DNA of 52,259 bases, from NCBI GenBank assembly GCA_040392305.1, contig JBEBWH010000001.1, positions 1 to 52,259 of the forward strand. Direction: 5' to 3'. The notes below the pieces were generated by a model that worked only from the letters and a program-made list of their open reading frames with translations, was not told the origin of the DNA and did not search any database. This document shows positions 19,313-29,223 of the stretch, one piece after another (the stretch's first letter is position 1; each line of letters opens with the position of its first letter). Source of the DNA: Bradyrhizobium sp. (GTDB taxonomy: Bacteria > Pseudomonadota > Alphaproteobacteria > Rhizobiales > Xanthobacteraceae). The translations under genes and the position numbers were made by a program.

Positions 19313-20020
19313 ATGACCGACCCCAAGTCCGCCTCCAAGCCCGACCCCAACTCCGCCTCCAAGTCTGACCTCAAGTTGGCTCAGTCGCGTCCGCGCCGCC
19401 TGCTGATCGTGGTTGCCGCCGTTCTGGTCGGGGCGGTGATCGGCTATGCCGGGGTATACGGGATCGGCGGGGCGATGCGCAATGCAGGCGGCGATCCGGT
19501 CTGCCGTCCGGCGACGGCGCTGGCTGGCCGGCTTGCCCCGCTGGTGAAGGGCGAGGTGGCGGCGGTGACGATGGCGACGAAGCCGCTGCGGCTGCCCGAT
19601 CTGGCCTTCACCAATGCCGCGGGCGAGGCGAAAAAGCTCTCCGACTGGCGCGGGCGCACGGTCCTGCTCAATCTGTGGGCGACCTGGTGCGTGCCCTGCC
19701 GCAAGGAAATGCCGGCGCTCGACGCCTTGCAGGCCAGGCTCGGATCAACGGATTTCGAGGTGGTGGCGGTCAATATCGATACTCGCGACCTCGACAAGCC
19801 GAAGGCCTTCTACAAGGACACGGATTTGCGCCATCTCGCCTTTTTCAGCGACAGCAAGGCCAAGGTGTTCCAGGATCTGAAAAGCATCGGCCGCGCGCTC
19901 GGCATGCCGACCACGGTGCTGATCGATGCAGAAGGCTGCGAGATCGGCAGTCTCGCCGGTCCGGCGGAATGGGCCAGCGACGACGCCATCCGCCTGATTT
20001 CGGCCGCGCTCGGCAAATAA
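19313..20020 (+). CDS. tlpA: thiol:disulfide interchange protein TlpA (membrane-anchored thioredoxin-like)
   Basis: ATG 19313. One TM anchor. WATWCVPC active site. Divergent from argH, as described for Bradyrhizobium tlpA. Confidence 0.85.
   Translation: MTDPKSASKPDPNSASKSDLKLAQSRPRRLLIVVAAVLVGAVIGYAGVYGIGGAMRNAGGDPVCRPATALAGRLAPLVKGEVAAVTMATKPLRLPDLAFTNAAGEAKKLSDWRGRTVLLNLWATWCVPCRKEMPALDALQARLGSTDFEVVAVNIDTRDLDKPKAFYKDTDLRHLAFFSDSKAKVFQDLKSIGRALGMPTTVLIDAEGCEIGSLAGPAEWASDDAIRLISAALGK
19319..19366 (+). repeat. 24-bp tandem duplication (2 units, 21/24 identical) in the tlpA 5' coding region
   Basis: gaccccaagtccgcctccaagccc / gaccccaactccgcctccaagtct, encoding DPKSASKP/DPNSASKS. Confidence 0.8.
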
Positions 20021-20119
20021 AGCAGACCGGACAGAAAATTTTTTCGGAGCTTGTCGGGGCTGGCGTGCCCGAAGCGTCCTTCGGGCAGGTCGGCCGATGC
20101 CGCAACCGGAGGATTGTCC

Positions 20120-20866
20120 ATGCAACCGCATCAGATCGCATCGCGTGACGAATGGCTGATCGCGCGCAAGGAACTGCTGGCGCGCGAGAAGGAATTGACG
20201 CGGGCCCGCGACGAACTCAGCCGCCGCCGTCGCGCGCTGCCCTGGGTCAAAATCGAGAAGCCCTATCTGTTCGACGGACCGAATGGCAGGGAGACGCTGT
20301 CCGATCTGTTCGGCGGCAACAGTCAGCTCATCGTCCAGCATTTCATGTTCGCGCCCGGCTGGAGCGAAGGCTGCGTCGGCTGCTCGTTCAGCGCCGATCA
20401 TGTCGACGGCGCGCGCCGGCATTTTGAACATCACGACGTGTCGTTCGTCGCGGTGTCGCGCGCGCCGCTGGCGGAGCTAGAGGCCTATCGCAAGCGGATG
20501 GGCTGGGGCTTCAAATGGGTATCGTCCTACGGCAGCGACTTCAACTACGATTTCAACGTGTCGTTCTCGCCAGAGCAACTGGCGCAGGGCAGCGTGATCT
20601 ACAATTACGAGCCGACGTCGCAGGCGACGGAAGAAGAGCCCGGCTACAGCGTGTTCTTCAAGGACGAGGGCGGCGACATCTATCATACCTATTCGAGCTA
20701 CGGCCGCGGCAACGAGGAAATCATCGGGACCTATATGTTCCTCGACCTCACGCCCAAGGGACGCAACGAAGGCCCTGACGGCGATCTGACCGATTGGGTC
20801 AAGCGGCACGACGTCTACGATGGCGGCGCAGAATCCTGCTGCGGTTCGATGCGGGCCGCATCTTAA
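20120..20866 (+). CDS. DUF899 domain-containing (thioredoxin-fold) protein
   Basis: ATG 20120. 'SRDEWLIARKELLAREKELTRARDELSRRRRALPWV' and 'CVGCS' are typical of DUF899. Confidence 0.85.
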   Translation: MQPHQIASRDEWLIARKELLAREKELTRARDELSRRRRALPWVKIEKPYLFDGPNGRETLSDLFGGNSQLIVQHFMFAPGWSEGCVGCSFSADHVDGARRHFEHHDVSFVAVSRAPLAELEAYRKRMGWGFKWVSSYGSDFNYDFNVSFSPEQLAQGSVIYNYEPTSQATEEEPGYSVFFKDEGGDIYHTYSSYGRGNEEIIGTYMFLDLTPKGRNEGPDGDLTDWVKRHDVYDGGAESCCGSMRAAS

Positions 20867-20906
20867 GAAGAAACCGATTTCAACGCGAAGATTGCAAGGA
20901 GAGGAT

Positions 20907-21266
20907 ATGGCTTACGTTGACGGATTCATCGTTCCGGTGCCGAAAAAGAATGTCGACGACTATCGTCGCATCGCGCGCAAGGCCGGCAAGGTGTGGCGCG
21001 AGCATGGCGCGCTCGACTATCAGGAATGCATCGCCGACGATGTGAAGGTCGGCAAATGGACCTCGTTTCCGCGCAGCGTGAAGCTGAAGGCGGGCGAGAC
21101 GGTGGTGTTCTCCTGGATCACCTACAAGTCGCGCGCGCACCGCGACCGCGTCAACGCCAAGGTGATGAAAGACCCGCGCCTCGCCAAAATGATGGACCCC
21201 GCCGCCATGCCGTTCGACGGCAAGCGCATGATCTATGGCGGCTTCAAGTCATTCGTCAGCGCCTGA
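20907..21266 (+). CDS. DUF1428 domain-containing protein
   Basis: ATG 20907 with GGAGAGG upstream. MAYVDGFIVPVPKKN... is a classic DUF1428 N-terminus. Confidence 0.85.
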   Translation: MAYVDGFIVPVPKKNVDDYRRIARKAGKVWREHGALDYQECIADDVKVGKWTSFPRSVKLKAGETVVFSWITYKSRAHRDRVNAKVMKDPRLAKMMDPAAMPFDGKRMIYGGFKSFVSA

Positions 21267-21440
21267 CGCCGGCCGCATGATGAGGGCGATGATCACGACC
21301 ATCAGTTTCGACGTTGCCGCTCTCCGAGGCGCCTATGCCTCGGCATGAGGCCGCGCGGACTGGGGGGGCGTCTTTACGCGCCGGTGCTGCGGGCCGCGTG
21401 GCGCAGCGCGATCGCGGCGATGCATCAGGGAGAAGATACG

Positions 21441-21818
21441 ATGACAGCTCATGGCCGGTTTCACTGGAATGAACTGCGCACGCGCGACGTGGAGCGCGCC
21501 AAGCGTTTCTACGGCGAAGCGGTTGGCTGGACCTTCGCGCCGATGCCCGCCGGGGACGGCTCGACCTATTGGATCGCGCAGATGGATGGCCAGCCCGTCG
21601 CCGGGCTGTTTGCGATCGATCAGCCGCGTTTCGAGGGCGTGCCTGAAAGCTGGATCCCGTTCCTCGCGGTGGATGACGTCGATGCGCGGGTCGAGCAGGC
21701 GGTCGCGGCGGGAGCGACCCTGGTGATGCCGATCTTCGACGTGCCCGACGTCGGACGCATCGCGATGCTGCGCGAGCCGGGCGGAGCCGGGATCGGCTGG
21801 ATGACGCCGGTGGCGTAA
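21441..21818 (+). CDS. VOC (glyoxalase/bleomycin-resistance fold) family protein
   Basis: ATG 21441 with GGGAGAAG upstream. 'FHWNELRTRDVERAKRFYGEAVGW' and the C-terminal 'GRIAMLREPGGAGIGW' pattern. Confidence 0.8.
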   Translation: MTAHGRFHWNELRTRDVERAKRFYGEAVGWTFAPMPAGDGSTYWIAQMDGQPVAGLFAIDQPRFEGVPESWIPFLAVDDVDARVEQAVAAGATLVMPIFDVPDVGRIAMLREPGGAGIGWMTPVA

Positions 21819-21821
21819 GGG

Positions 21822-22019
21822 TCAGGCGGTGATGTCGAGCTGGCTGCCGACGCCGGGCGCAAGGCCCGCTTGCGAGGGGGCCGTGGCGGGCGCGCCGAGC
21901 AGGGTCTGCACCGCTTCGGCTTCGGCCTGCGCATTCATCTTCAGCATGCGCATCGCCATCGCCTGCTGCAACTGACCGTTCTGCAGGCTGATCGCGGCCA
22001 TCACGAGACTCATATCCAT
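21822..22019 (-). CDS. YjfB-like small protein ('putative motility protein' family)
   Basis: 65 aa. 'MAAISLQNGQLQQAMAMRMLKMNAQAEAEAVQTLL' resembles the YjfB family core. Confidence 0.55.
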   Translation of the reverse strand: MDMSLVMAAISLQNGQLQQAMAMRMLKMNAQAEAEAVQTLLGAPATAPSQAGLAPGVGSQLDITA

Positions 22020-22088
22020 ACGCGATACCCCCGCGTCCGTTTTAGGGCGCGGGAGTTAACAAGCACTCGACGCTTCCGGCTGCCGGTG

Positions 22089-23300
22089 TCAGTCCGGGCA
22101 GGCCTGCCTGTTCTGTGGCAGGAAGGCGTCGGCGGCGGGGATGACCTTGACCGGGTCGTAGAGGTCCCATTGCGCCTTGCTCTCGGCGGGTTTCTTCACG
22201 CGATACAGCATGAGATCGTAGAGCACGCGGCCGTCGCCGCGAATGGTCGCGGGCTTGCCGAAATAATCGACCGGCATGGCGCGCATCTGCTTGTTGACGG
22301 CGACGCCGTCATCCGTCCCGGCGGCGTCCATCGCGCGCAGATAATGCAGCACGGCAGTGTAGATCTCGGCCTGGTTCTTCGAGGGCATGGCGTTGCGCTT
22401 CTCATAAAACCGTTTGGCGAAGGTCCGCGCCTTGTCGTTCTGGTCCCAGTAGAAGCCGCTGGTGACGGCGATGTTCTGCGCCGCCTCAAGGCCCAGCGCG
22501 TGGATGTCGTTGATGTAGACGAGGAAGGCGATCAGCGACTGCTTGCCGTCGAGCCCGATGCGGAATTCGTGCGCCTGCTTGATGGCGCTGACGAGATCGT
22601 TGCCGACGCTGGCGAGCCCGATGCGCTCGGCGCCGGAAGCCTGCGCTTTCAGCAGGAGCGAGGCGAAATCGACGTTGCCGACCGGATGTTTCGAATAGCC
22701 TACGACCTTGCCGCCGCCGGCCTCGATCACCTCGGTGGCGTCGCGCTGCAACGCCGCGCCGAAGGCGATATCGACAGTGATGAAATACCAGCTCTTGCCG
22801 CCCGCGGCCATGATCGCCTTGGCGGTGCCGGCGGCCAGCGCGTGGCTGTCGTCAGCCCAGTGGGTCGAGGTCGGCGAGCAAGTCTTCGAGGTGAAGTCGG
22901 CGGTAGCCGAGGCCGTGATCATCACGGTCTTGTTCTTCTGCTTGGCGAGCTGCTGCACGGCGAAGGCGATCGGCGTCACCGGCAGATCGACGATCGCCGA
23001 GACGTTCTCGTTCTCGTACCAGCGCCGCGCGATCGCGGCGGCGACATCCGGCTTGTTCTGGGTATCGGCGTGGATGATCTCGATCTTGCGGCCTTTGACG
23101 GCGCCGCCGAAATCAGCGGCCGCCATTTCCGCGGCGAGGATCGAGCCCGGCCCGGCCGAGTCGGCATAGGGGCCGGTTTCATCGGTCAGCACGCCGATCT
23201 TCACGGTGGGGTTGGCGAACTGCGCGGCGGATGGTCCGCTCAGCGCGAGGCAAATGACGACGGCCGCCGCTGCTGCGGCGAGATCGCGGGCGAATTGCAC
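22089..23300 (-). CDS. ABC transporter substrate-binding protein (branched-chain amino acid/LivJ-like)
   Basis: Start set at GTG 23300, preceded by AGGGAGG. Signal peptide ...ALSGPSAA-QF. 'VKIGVLTDETGPYADSAGPGS' is typical of type I periplasmic binding proteins. Confidence 0.8.
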   Translation of the reverse strand: MQFARDLAAAAAAVVICLALSGPSAAQFANPTVKIGVLTDETGPYADSAGPGSILAAEMAAADFGGAVKGRKIEIIHADTQNKPDVAAAIARRWYENENVSAIVDLPVTPIAFAVQQLAKQKNKTVMITASATADFTSKTCSPTSTHWADDSHALAAGTAKAIMAAGGKSWYFITVDIAFGAALQRDATEVIEAGGGKVVGYSKHPVGNVDFASLLLKAQASGAERIGLASVGNDLVSAIKQAHEFRIGLDGKQSLIAFLVYINDIHALGLEAAQNIAVTSGFYWDQNDKARTFAKRFYEKRNAMPSKNQAEIYTAVLHYLRAMDAAGTDDGVAVNKQMRAMPVDYFGKPATIRGDGRVLYDLMLYRVKKPAESKAQWDLYDPVKVIPAADAFLPQNRQACPD

Positions 23301-23445
23301 GGGAGCCTCCCTGAATACCTTTTTTAGCCTTCTTACGGCGTCAGGGGCAGGCTGTCGAGGGTGTCCAGGTAGCGCAGGCGCGCATTTATATGCGCCGAAT
23401 CGCGGCGCACGCTGTGCTGACGACGGGAGGGAGGCTGCCGCCCGC

Positions 23446-24327
23446 TCAGCGGGTCGGCATCGGCTTGTCGCCGCGATAGTCGTAGAAGCCGCGCTGCGTC
23501 TTGCGGCCGAGCCAGCCCGCTTCGACATATTTCACCAGCAGCGGGCAGGGGCGATATTTGGAATCGGCCAGTCCCTCATGCAGCACCTGCATGATGGAGA
23601 GGCAGGTATCCAGCCCGATGAAGTCGGCCAGCTCCAGCGGTCCCATCGGGTGATGCGCGCCGAGCCGCATCGCCGCGTCGATCGCCTCGACATTGCCGAC
23701 GCCTTCATAGAGCGTGTAGATCGCCTCGTTGATCATCGGCAGCAGGATGCGGTTGACGATGAAGGCGGGGAAATCCTCGGCGACCGCGATCTGCTTGCCG
23801 AGCTTGGTGACGAACGCCTTCGCGGTCTCGAACGTCGCGTCGTCGGTGGCGATGCCGCGGATCAGTTCGACGAGATCCATCACCGGCACCGGATTCATGA
23901 AATGGATGCCGATGAAACGTTCCGGGCGGTCGGTTGCCGCCGCAAGGCGCGTGATCGAGATCGAGGACGTATTGGAGCCGATCAGCGCATCCGGCTTCAG
24001 CACCGCGCACAGTTCATGAAAGATCGCGCGCTTGACCTCTTCCTTCTCGGTCGCGCTTTCGAGCACGATGTCGCAGTCAGCCAGACCGCTCATCGTTTCC
24101 GTCGAGCTGATGCGCGCCAGGGCGGCCTTGCGGTCATCCTCGGAGATGATCTTGCGCGCGACCTGGCGGGCAAGGTTGCCGTTGATGGTGGCCATCGCCT
24201 CTTTGAGACGGTCGGCGGAGACGTCGTAAAGGATGACATCGAGGCCCGCCAGCGCTGCGACATGCGCGACGCCGTTGCCCATCTGGCCCGCACCAATCAC
24301 GCCCACCGTCTTGATCTTGTCCACCAT
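23446..24327 (-). CDS. hbd: 3-hydroxybutyryl-CoA dehydrogenase
   Basis: ATG 24327. GVIGAGQMGNGVA NAD fold, SNTSSISIT, HFMNPVP, GRKTQRGFYDY. Lies downstream of etfBA. Confidence 0.9.
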   Translation of the reverse strand: MVDKIKTVGVIGAGQMGNGVAHVAALAGLDVILYDVSADRLKEAMATINGNLARQVARKIISEDDRKAALARISSTETMSGLADCDIVLESATEKEEVKRAIFHELCAVLKPDALIGSNTSSISITRLAAATDRPERFIGIHFMNPVPVMDLVELIRGIATDDATFETAKAFVTKLGKQIAVAEDFPAFIVNRILLPMINEAIYTLYEGVGNVEAIDAAMRLGAHHPMGPLELADFIGLDTCLSIMQVLHEGLADSKYRPCPLLVKYVEAGWLGRKTQRGFYDYRGDKPMPTR

Positions 24328-24468
24328 CTTTTCATCTCGCCGCGAACGGCCGCCTCCACGGCTGCGCCCGAACCACAAACGTCCTTCTCTTATCGCAGTT
24401 TTTTGATTTCGCGAAATCGCCGCGAAAAGCAACCGGCCGGCGCAAGCGCCGGCCGGTTCGCGTCACGC

Positions 24469-25416
24469 TCAGCGGCCGATCTTGGCCAGTTCGTCGGTCA
24501 GTTCGGGCACCGCCTGATAGAGATCGGCGACGAGGCCGTAGTCGGCGACCTGGAAGATCGGCGCGTCCTCGTCCTTGTTGATCGCGACGATGACCTTGGA
24601 GTCCTTCATGCCGGCGAGATGCTGGATCGCGCCGGAGATGCCGACGGCGATATACAGTTCCGGCGCCACCACCTTGCCGGTCTGCCCGACCTGCCAGTCG
24701 TTCGGCGCATAGCCGGCATCGACCGCCGCGCGCGAGGCGCCGACGCCCGCGCCGAGCTTGTCGGCCAGCGGTTCGATGTATTTGGCGAAGTTCTCGCGGC
24801 TCTGCATGGCGCGGCCGCCGGAGACGATGATCTTGGCCGAGGTCAGCTCGGGGCGGTCGCTCTTGGCGACCTCTTCACCGACGAAGCTCGACAGGCCGGG
24901 ATCGGCCGCCGCCGCGACGTTCTCCACCGCCGCGCTGCCGCCTTCGCCGGCCGCCTGGAAGGTCGAGGTCCGCACCGTGATGACCTTCTTGGCGTCCCTG
25001 GCCTTCACCGTCTGGATCGCGTTGCCGGCGTAGATCGGCCGCTCATAGGTGTCGGGCGCCACCACCTTGATGATCTCCGACACCTGCATGACGTCGAGCA
25101 GGGCCGCGACGCGCGGCAGCGTGTTCTTGAAGCGCGTCGTCGCCGGCGCGACGATGGCGTCGTAGCTGCCCGCGAGCGAGACGATCAGGTCGGCCAGCGG
25201 CTCGGCCAGATCATGCGCATAGGCGGCGTTGTCGGCCAGCAGCACCTTGGTCACGCCGTTGAGCTTGGCGGCAGCGTCGGCGGCAGCCTTGGCGTTCTCG
25301 CCGGCGACCAGCACATGCACCTCGCCGCCGAGCTGCGCGGCTGCGGTCAGCGCCTTCGGCGTGGCGTCCTTGAGCGAGGCGTTGTCGTGTTCGGCAATCA
25401 GCAGCGTCGTCATCAC
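24469..25416 (-). CDS. etfA: electron transfer flavoprotein subunit alpha
   Basis: 315 aa. C-terminal FAD-binding '[31 protein letters not shown]'. 4-nt overlap with etfB. Confidence 0.93.
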   Translation of the reverse strand: MMTTLLIAEHDNASLKDATPKALTAAAQLGGEVHVLVAGENAKAAADAAAKLNGVTKVLLADNAAYAHDLAEPLADLIVSLAGSYDAIVAPATTRFKNTLPRVAALLDVMQVSEIIKVVAPDTYERPIYAGNAIQTVKARDAKKVITVRTSTFQAAGEGGSAAVENVAAAADPGLSSFVGEEVAKSDRPELTSAKIIVSGGRAMQSRENFAKYIEPLADKLGAGVGASRAAVDAGYAPNDWQVGQTGKVVAPELYIAVGISGAIQHLAGMKDSKVIVAINKDEDAPIFQVADYGLVADLYQAVPELTDELAKIGR

Positions 25417-26162
25417 AGCACCCCGGCTTCGTTCTTGAGCTTGGCCACCAGTTCGGCGGCGGAGGCGACCTTGACGCCGGCCTTGCGGCCCGGCGGCTCG
25501 GTGGTCTTGAGGATTTCGAGGCGCGGCGCGAGGTCGACGCCGTACTGATCGGCGGTCTTTTCGTCGATCGGCTTCTTCTTCGCCTTCATGATGTTGGGCA
25601 GGCTCGCATAGCGCGGCTCGTTGAGGCGCAGGTCGGTGGTGACGATCGCCGGTCCCTTGAGCTTCACCGTCTGCAAGCCGCCATCGACCTCGCGCGTCAC
25701 GGTGACGTCGGCGCCGTCCACCTCGACCTTGGAGGCGAAGGTCGCCTGCGCCCAGCCGAGCAGCGCCGCCAGCATCTGGCCGGTCTGGTTGGAGTCGTCG
25801 TCGATCGCCTGCTTGCCGAGAATGATCAGGCCCGGCTTTTCTTCATCGGCCACGGCCTTGGGGATCTTCGCCACGGCGAGCGGCTCGACCGCGCCATCGG
25901 CCTTGACCAGGATGCCGCGGTCGGCGCCCATCGCAAGCCCGGTGCGGATCGTTTCCGACGCCTGCGCCGGCCCGATCGACACCACGACCACCTCAGTCGC
26001 CTTGCCGGCCTCCTTCAGCCGAAGCGCTTCCTCGACGGCGATCTCATCGAACGGATTCATCGACATCTTGACATTGGCAAGTTCGACGCCCGAACCGTCG
26101 CTTTTGACCCGGATCTTGACGTTGTAGTCAACGACTCGCTTGACTGGCACCAGAACCTTCAT
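25413..26162 (-). CDS. etfB: electron transfer flavoprotein subunit beta
   Basis: 249 aa. '[19 protein letters not shown]' and '[17 protein letters not shown]' are canonical EtfB. Confidence 0.93.
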   Translation of the reverse strand: MKVLVPVKRVVDYNVKIRVKSDGSGVELANVKMSMNPFDEIAVEEALRLKEAGKATEVVVVSIGPAQASETIRTGLAMGADRGILVKADGAVEPLAVAKIPKAVADEEKPGLIILGKQAIDDDSNQTGQMLAALLGWAQATFASKVEVDGADVTVTREVDGGLQTVKLKGPAIVTTDLRLNEPRYASLPNIMKAKKKPIDEKTADQYGVDLAPRLEILKTTEPPGRKAGVKVASAAELVAKLKNEAGVL

Positions 26163-26255
26163 CGGTTCCCCTTCCGCTTGATAAATGCTGTCATACGGCG
26201 GCGGAACCTAATCGTCCGGCATCGCGCGGTCAACGCGTGACCCGAAGCCGCCGAT

Positions 26256-26828
26256 TCAGCGATGCTGCCCCGGCACCCAGAGCACGTCGCCGGTTCCATT
26301 GCCGTTCGCCGCGCGCGCCGCCACAAACAGAAAGTCGGACAGACGGTTGACGTAGTGAATTGCCTCCGGATTGACCTCCTCGGAGGGCTGGGCCGCCAAT
26401 TCCACCATCAGCCGTTCCGCTCGGCGGCAAATGGTCCGCGCCAGATGCAGATGGGCGGCGGCCGGGCTGCCGCCGGGCAGGATGAAAGAGCGCAGTTCGG
26501 CAAGCGGCGCGTTCAGCGTGTCGATGTCCTGCTCGAGCCGCGCCACCTGCGTCACCGCCACGCGCAGCCGCTCGGCCTTGCCTTCGCGCTTCGGCACGGC
26601 GAGATCGGCGCCGAGATCGAACAGATCGTTCTGGATGCGGCCGGCCATCGCGTCGATCGCGGGCAGGTCGGCGAGGTGCAGCCGCGCCACGCCGATCGCG
26701 GCGTTGGTTTCGTCGACCGTGCCATAGGCGGCGACACGCAGATCGTATTTGGGCCGGCGCTCGCCGCTGCCGAGCGCGGTCGAGCCGTCGTCGCCGGTGC
26801 GGGTGTAGATGCGGTTGATCAGCACCAT
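26256..26828 (-). CDS. cob(I)yrinic acid a,c-diamide adenosyltransferase, PduO type
   Basis: 190 aa. 'IYTRTGDDGSTAL' N-terminus and 'FILPGGSPAAAHLHLARTICRRAER'. Confidence 0.88.
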   Translation of the reverse strand: MVLINRIYTRTGDDGSTALGSGERRPKYDLRVAAYGTVDETNAAIGVARLHLADLPAIDAMAGRIQNDLFDLGADLAVPKREGKAERLRVAVTQVARLEQDIDTLNAPLAELRSFILPGGSPAAAHLHLARTICRRAERLMVELAAQPSEEVNPEAIHYVNRLSDFLFVAARAANGNGTGDVLWVPGQHR

Positions 26829-26829
26829 G

Positions 26830-27024
26830 TCAGCGCCCCATTACCCAGATCGCGGTCATGGCGATGATGATTGCGACGAACTGCAGCAGCACGCGCCATC
26901 GCATCAGGCGCTGCGACAGGTTGGGCGAGCCGCCGCGCATCATGTTGATGAGGCCGAGCAGCAGGACGAATGCGACGGCGCCGACGGCGATCGGCAGCAC
27001 CACGAAACTGAGAGCGGATGACAT
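26830..27024 (-). CDS. twin transmembrane helix small protein (HIG1 domain)
   Basis: 64 aa, two TM helices, 'NMMRGGSPNLSQRLMRWRV' loop typical of the bacterial HIG1 family. Stop codon lies 1 nt from the next gene's start. Confidence 0.75.
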   Translation of the reverse strand: MSSALSFVVLPIAVGAVAFVLLLGLINMMRGGSPNLSQRLMRWRVLLQFVAIIIAMTAIWVMGR

Positions 27025-27077
27025 GGGGAGCGTTCATAGCACCGCGCGCCTCGCCGCGCCATCGTGCGTAAGATCAA

Positions 27078-28049
27078 TTGCGTATGGGCGTCCTGCTTTC
27101 AAGGCCGGGCGGCGGATGCTACATTTCCACCGTCATTGACCCCTTCAGGTTCCCCGTGAAAGCGCTGCGCAAGGCGTTCGACGTCGGCCTCGATGCATTC
27201 TACCAGTTCCTGGCCGATGACGGCTGGGCCATCGCCAGCCATATCGCGCTTTCGACGCTGATGGCGCTGTTTCCTTTCCTCATCGTGCTGACCTCGCTCG
27301 CGGGCTTCTTCGGCTCGAAGGACCTGGCCGATCAGGCGGCGACGCTGATGCTGGATATCTGGCCGGCGCAGGTGGCGAGCACGCTGTCCGGCGAGATCCA
27401 CGACGTGCTGACGACGACGCGCGGCGATGCGCTGACGATCGGCGCGGTGCTGGCGCTGTACTTCGCTTCGAACGGCGTTGAGAGCTTCCGCGTCGCGCTC
27501 AACCGCGCCTATCGCGTGACCGAAACGCGCGCCTGGTACTGGCTGCGGCTGGAGTCGATCGGCTATACGCTGGTGGCCGCCTTCACGGCGCTGGCGATGG
27601 CGTTTCTGATCGTGCTCGGGCCGCTCCTGATCGCGACCGCGCGCTATTACCTGCCGCTGATGATGGAATCCAGCGAGGGCCTTCTCAACGTCGCGCGCTA
27701 TGGCGTCGCCGTCACGGCGCTGATCGCCGCGCTGTTCATCCTGCACGCCTGGCTGCCCGCCGGCCGGCGCTCGTTCGCCCAGATCCTGCCGGGCATCGCT
27801 TTCACCTTCGTCGCCTCGCTGGTGTCCGGCATCGGCTTCGGCATGTATCTGGCGCGTTTCGCCAGCAATTACGTGTCGATGTATGCCGGCCTTGCCTCGG
27901 TGATCATCGCGCTGGTGTTTCTCTACTTCATCGCCGCGATCTTCGTGTATGGCGGCGAGCTCAACGCCGCCATCATCAAGGCGCGTCTGCCGCGCGGCGC
28001 GACACTGCAAGAAGCGCAGTCGCCAGCGAGCGCGGGGACGTCGGCTTGA
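27078..28049 (+). CDS. YihY/BrkB (ribonuclease BN-like) family membrane protein
   Basis: 323 aa, six hydrophobic segments. 'FLADDGWAIASHIALSTLMALFPFLIVL' and 'IFVYGGELNAA' match YihY. Exact start uncertain. Confidence 0.8.
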   Translation: MRMGVLLSRPGGGCYISTVIDPFRFPVKALRKAFDVGLDAFYQFLADDGWAIASHIALSTLMALFPFLIVLTSLAGFFGSKDLADQAATLMLDIWPAQVASTLSGEIHDVLTTTRGDALTIGAVLALYFASNGVESFRVALNRAYRVTETRAWYWLRLESIGYTLVAAFTALAMAFLIVLGPLLIATARYYLPLMMESSEGLLNVARYGVAVTALIAALFILHAWLPAGRRSFAQILPGIAFTFVASLVSGIGFGMYLARFASNYVSMYAGLASVIIALVFLYFIAAIFVYGGELNAAIIKARLPRGATLQEAQSPASAGTSA

Positions 28050-29193
28050 CGATGAAATCATCGGCCCCGGCGCGGCGCGCCTTGCGCGCGTCCTCGCTGC
28101 GGCCGGACACCGCGATGATCGGGGTTTGGCCGTGCGGCGGCGGCAGCGCGCGAATGCGGCGGATCGCTTCGATGCCGCCGATGCCGGGCAGCATGAGGTC
28201 CATCAGCACGGCGTCGTAGGGCGTCTGCGCGAGGCGCTCACAGGCCTCCTCGCCGCGGCCGACGAATTCGATCCGGTGGCCGAGTTCGGTCAGGATGGTG
28301 CTCAGCACCACGCGACCGAACGGGTTGTCCTCGACGCCGAGCAGATGCAGGGCGCGATGCGTTGCGGGCGCGGCGTCGGAGGAGGTGTCGGCGGGCAGCG
28401 GCGCTGGCGTCAGCAGCACCGTCAGCGTGAAGGTCGCGCCGTTGCGGCGCGCGGTGGCGACGACGTCGCCGCCCATGGCGCGGGCGAGGCGTTTGACCGA
28501 TGTAAGGCCAAGTCCTGCGCCGCCGAAGCGTTTGGCGATCGCCGCGCTCGCCTGCGAGAACGGCCGGAACAGGCGCTTGATCTCGGCTTCGGTCAGGCCG
28601 ATGCCGCTGTCGGCGACGGCGAAGCTCACTTTGAGCCTGCCTTTCGTCGCCCGGCCCGCGCTTACCTTCAGCGCGACGCGTCCGCGCGCGGTGAATTTCA
28701 CCGCATTGTCGATCAGGTTTTCAAGCGCCGCGCGCAGTCGGACAAGGTCGCCGACGACATGCGCCGGCAGCGTGTCGGCGATCGTGACCGTAGCCTGCAA
28801 TCCTTTCGCTGTGGCGCGTCCGACCAGTGCGTCGCCGACCTGGCGCGACAGCGCGCGCAGATCGAAAAAATCCTCGCGCGTTTGCAGGGCGCCGCCGTTG
28901 ACGCGGGCGGCATCGACGAACAGCGTCGCCAGCGCGGCGAGATGTTCGGCGCTTGTCTTGATGGTTTCGGCCCAGCGCCGCTCGCGCTCGGGCAGGCCCG
29001 AGGTCGCCAGCAGATCGCTGATGGCGAGGATGCCGGTCAGCGGCGTGCGCACCTCATGGGCGAACGCCGCCAGCGCCGTCTCGACGTCGCAGGCGCGCGA
29101 CGTCGCGGCCCGTGATGTCGACGAGCGAATCTTGCGCGGTGCGCGCGATTTCGGTGCCATGCATGTCCCCAACCCGGCGAGCGATTGTCGCAT
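27976..29193 (-). CDS. hybrid sensor histidine kinase/response regulator lacking an obvious input domain
   Basis: H-box FAHEVRTPL about 35 aa from the N-terminus, N-box NLIDNAVKF, G-boxes DSGIGL/GGAGLGL. C-terminal receiver (DAVLMDLMLPGIGG ... KP). Start may be ATG 29160. Confidence 0.85.
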   Translation of the reverse strand: MRQSLAGLGTCMAPKSRAPRKIRSSTSRAATSRACDVETALAAFAHEVRTPLTGILAISDLLATSGLPERERRWAETIKTSAEHLAALATLFVDAARVNGGALQTREDFFDLRALSRQVGDALVGRATAKGLQATVTIADTLPAHVVGDLVRLRAALENLIDNAVKFTARGRVALKVSAGRATKGRLKVSFAVADSGIGLTEAEIKRLFRPFSQASAAIAKRFGGAGLGLTSVKRLARAMGGDVVATARRNGATFTLTVLLTPAPLPADTSSDAAPATHRALHLLGVEDNPFGRVVLSTILTELGHRIEFVGRGEEACERLAQTPYDAVLMDLMLPGIGGIEAIRRIRALPPPHGQTPIIAVSGRSEDARKARRAGADDFIVKPTSPRSLATALLAVSRRAADAP

Positions 29194-29223
29194 GGCTGCG
29201 GAAGGGTCGCAACGCGTAGCTGT

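Noticed and set aside
23206-25548. 780-aa plus-strand ORF spanning hbd, etfA and part of etfB on the opposite strand
   Set aside because: It is antisense to three genes with unmistakable family motifs. Its translation is Arg/Ala/Gly/Asp-rich low-information sequence, typical of shadow ORFs in ~70% G+C DNA.
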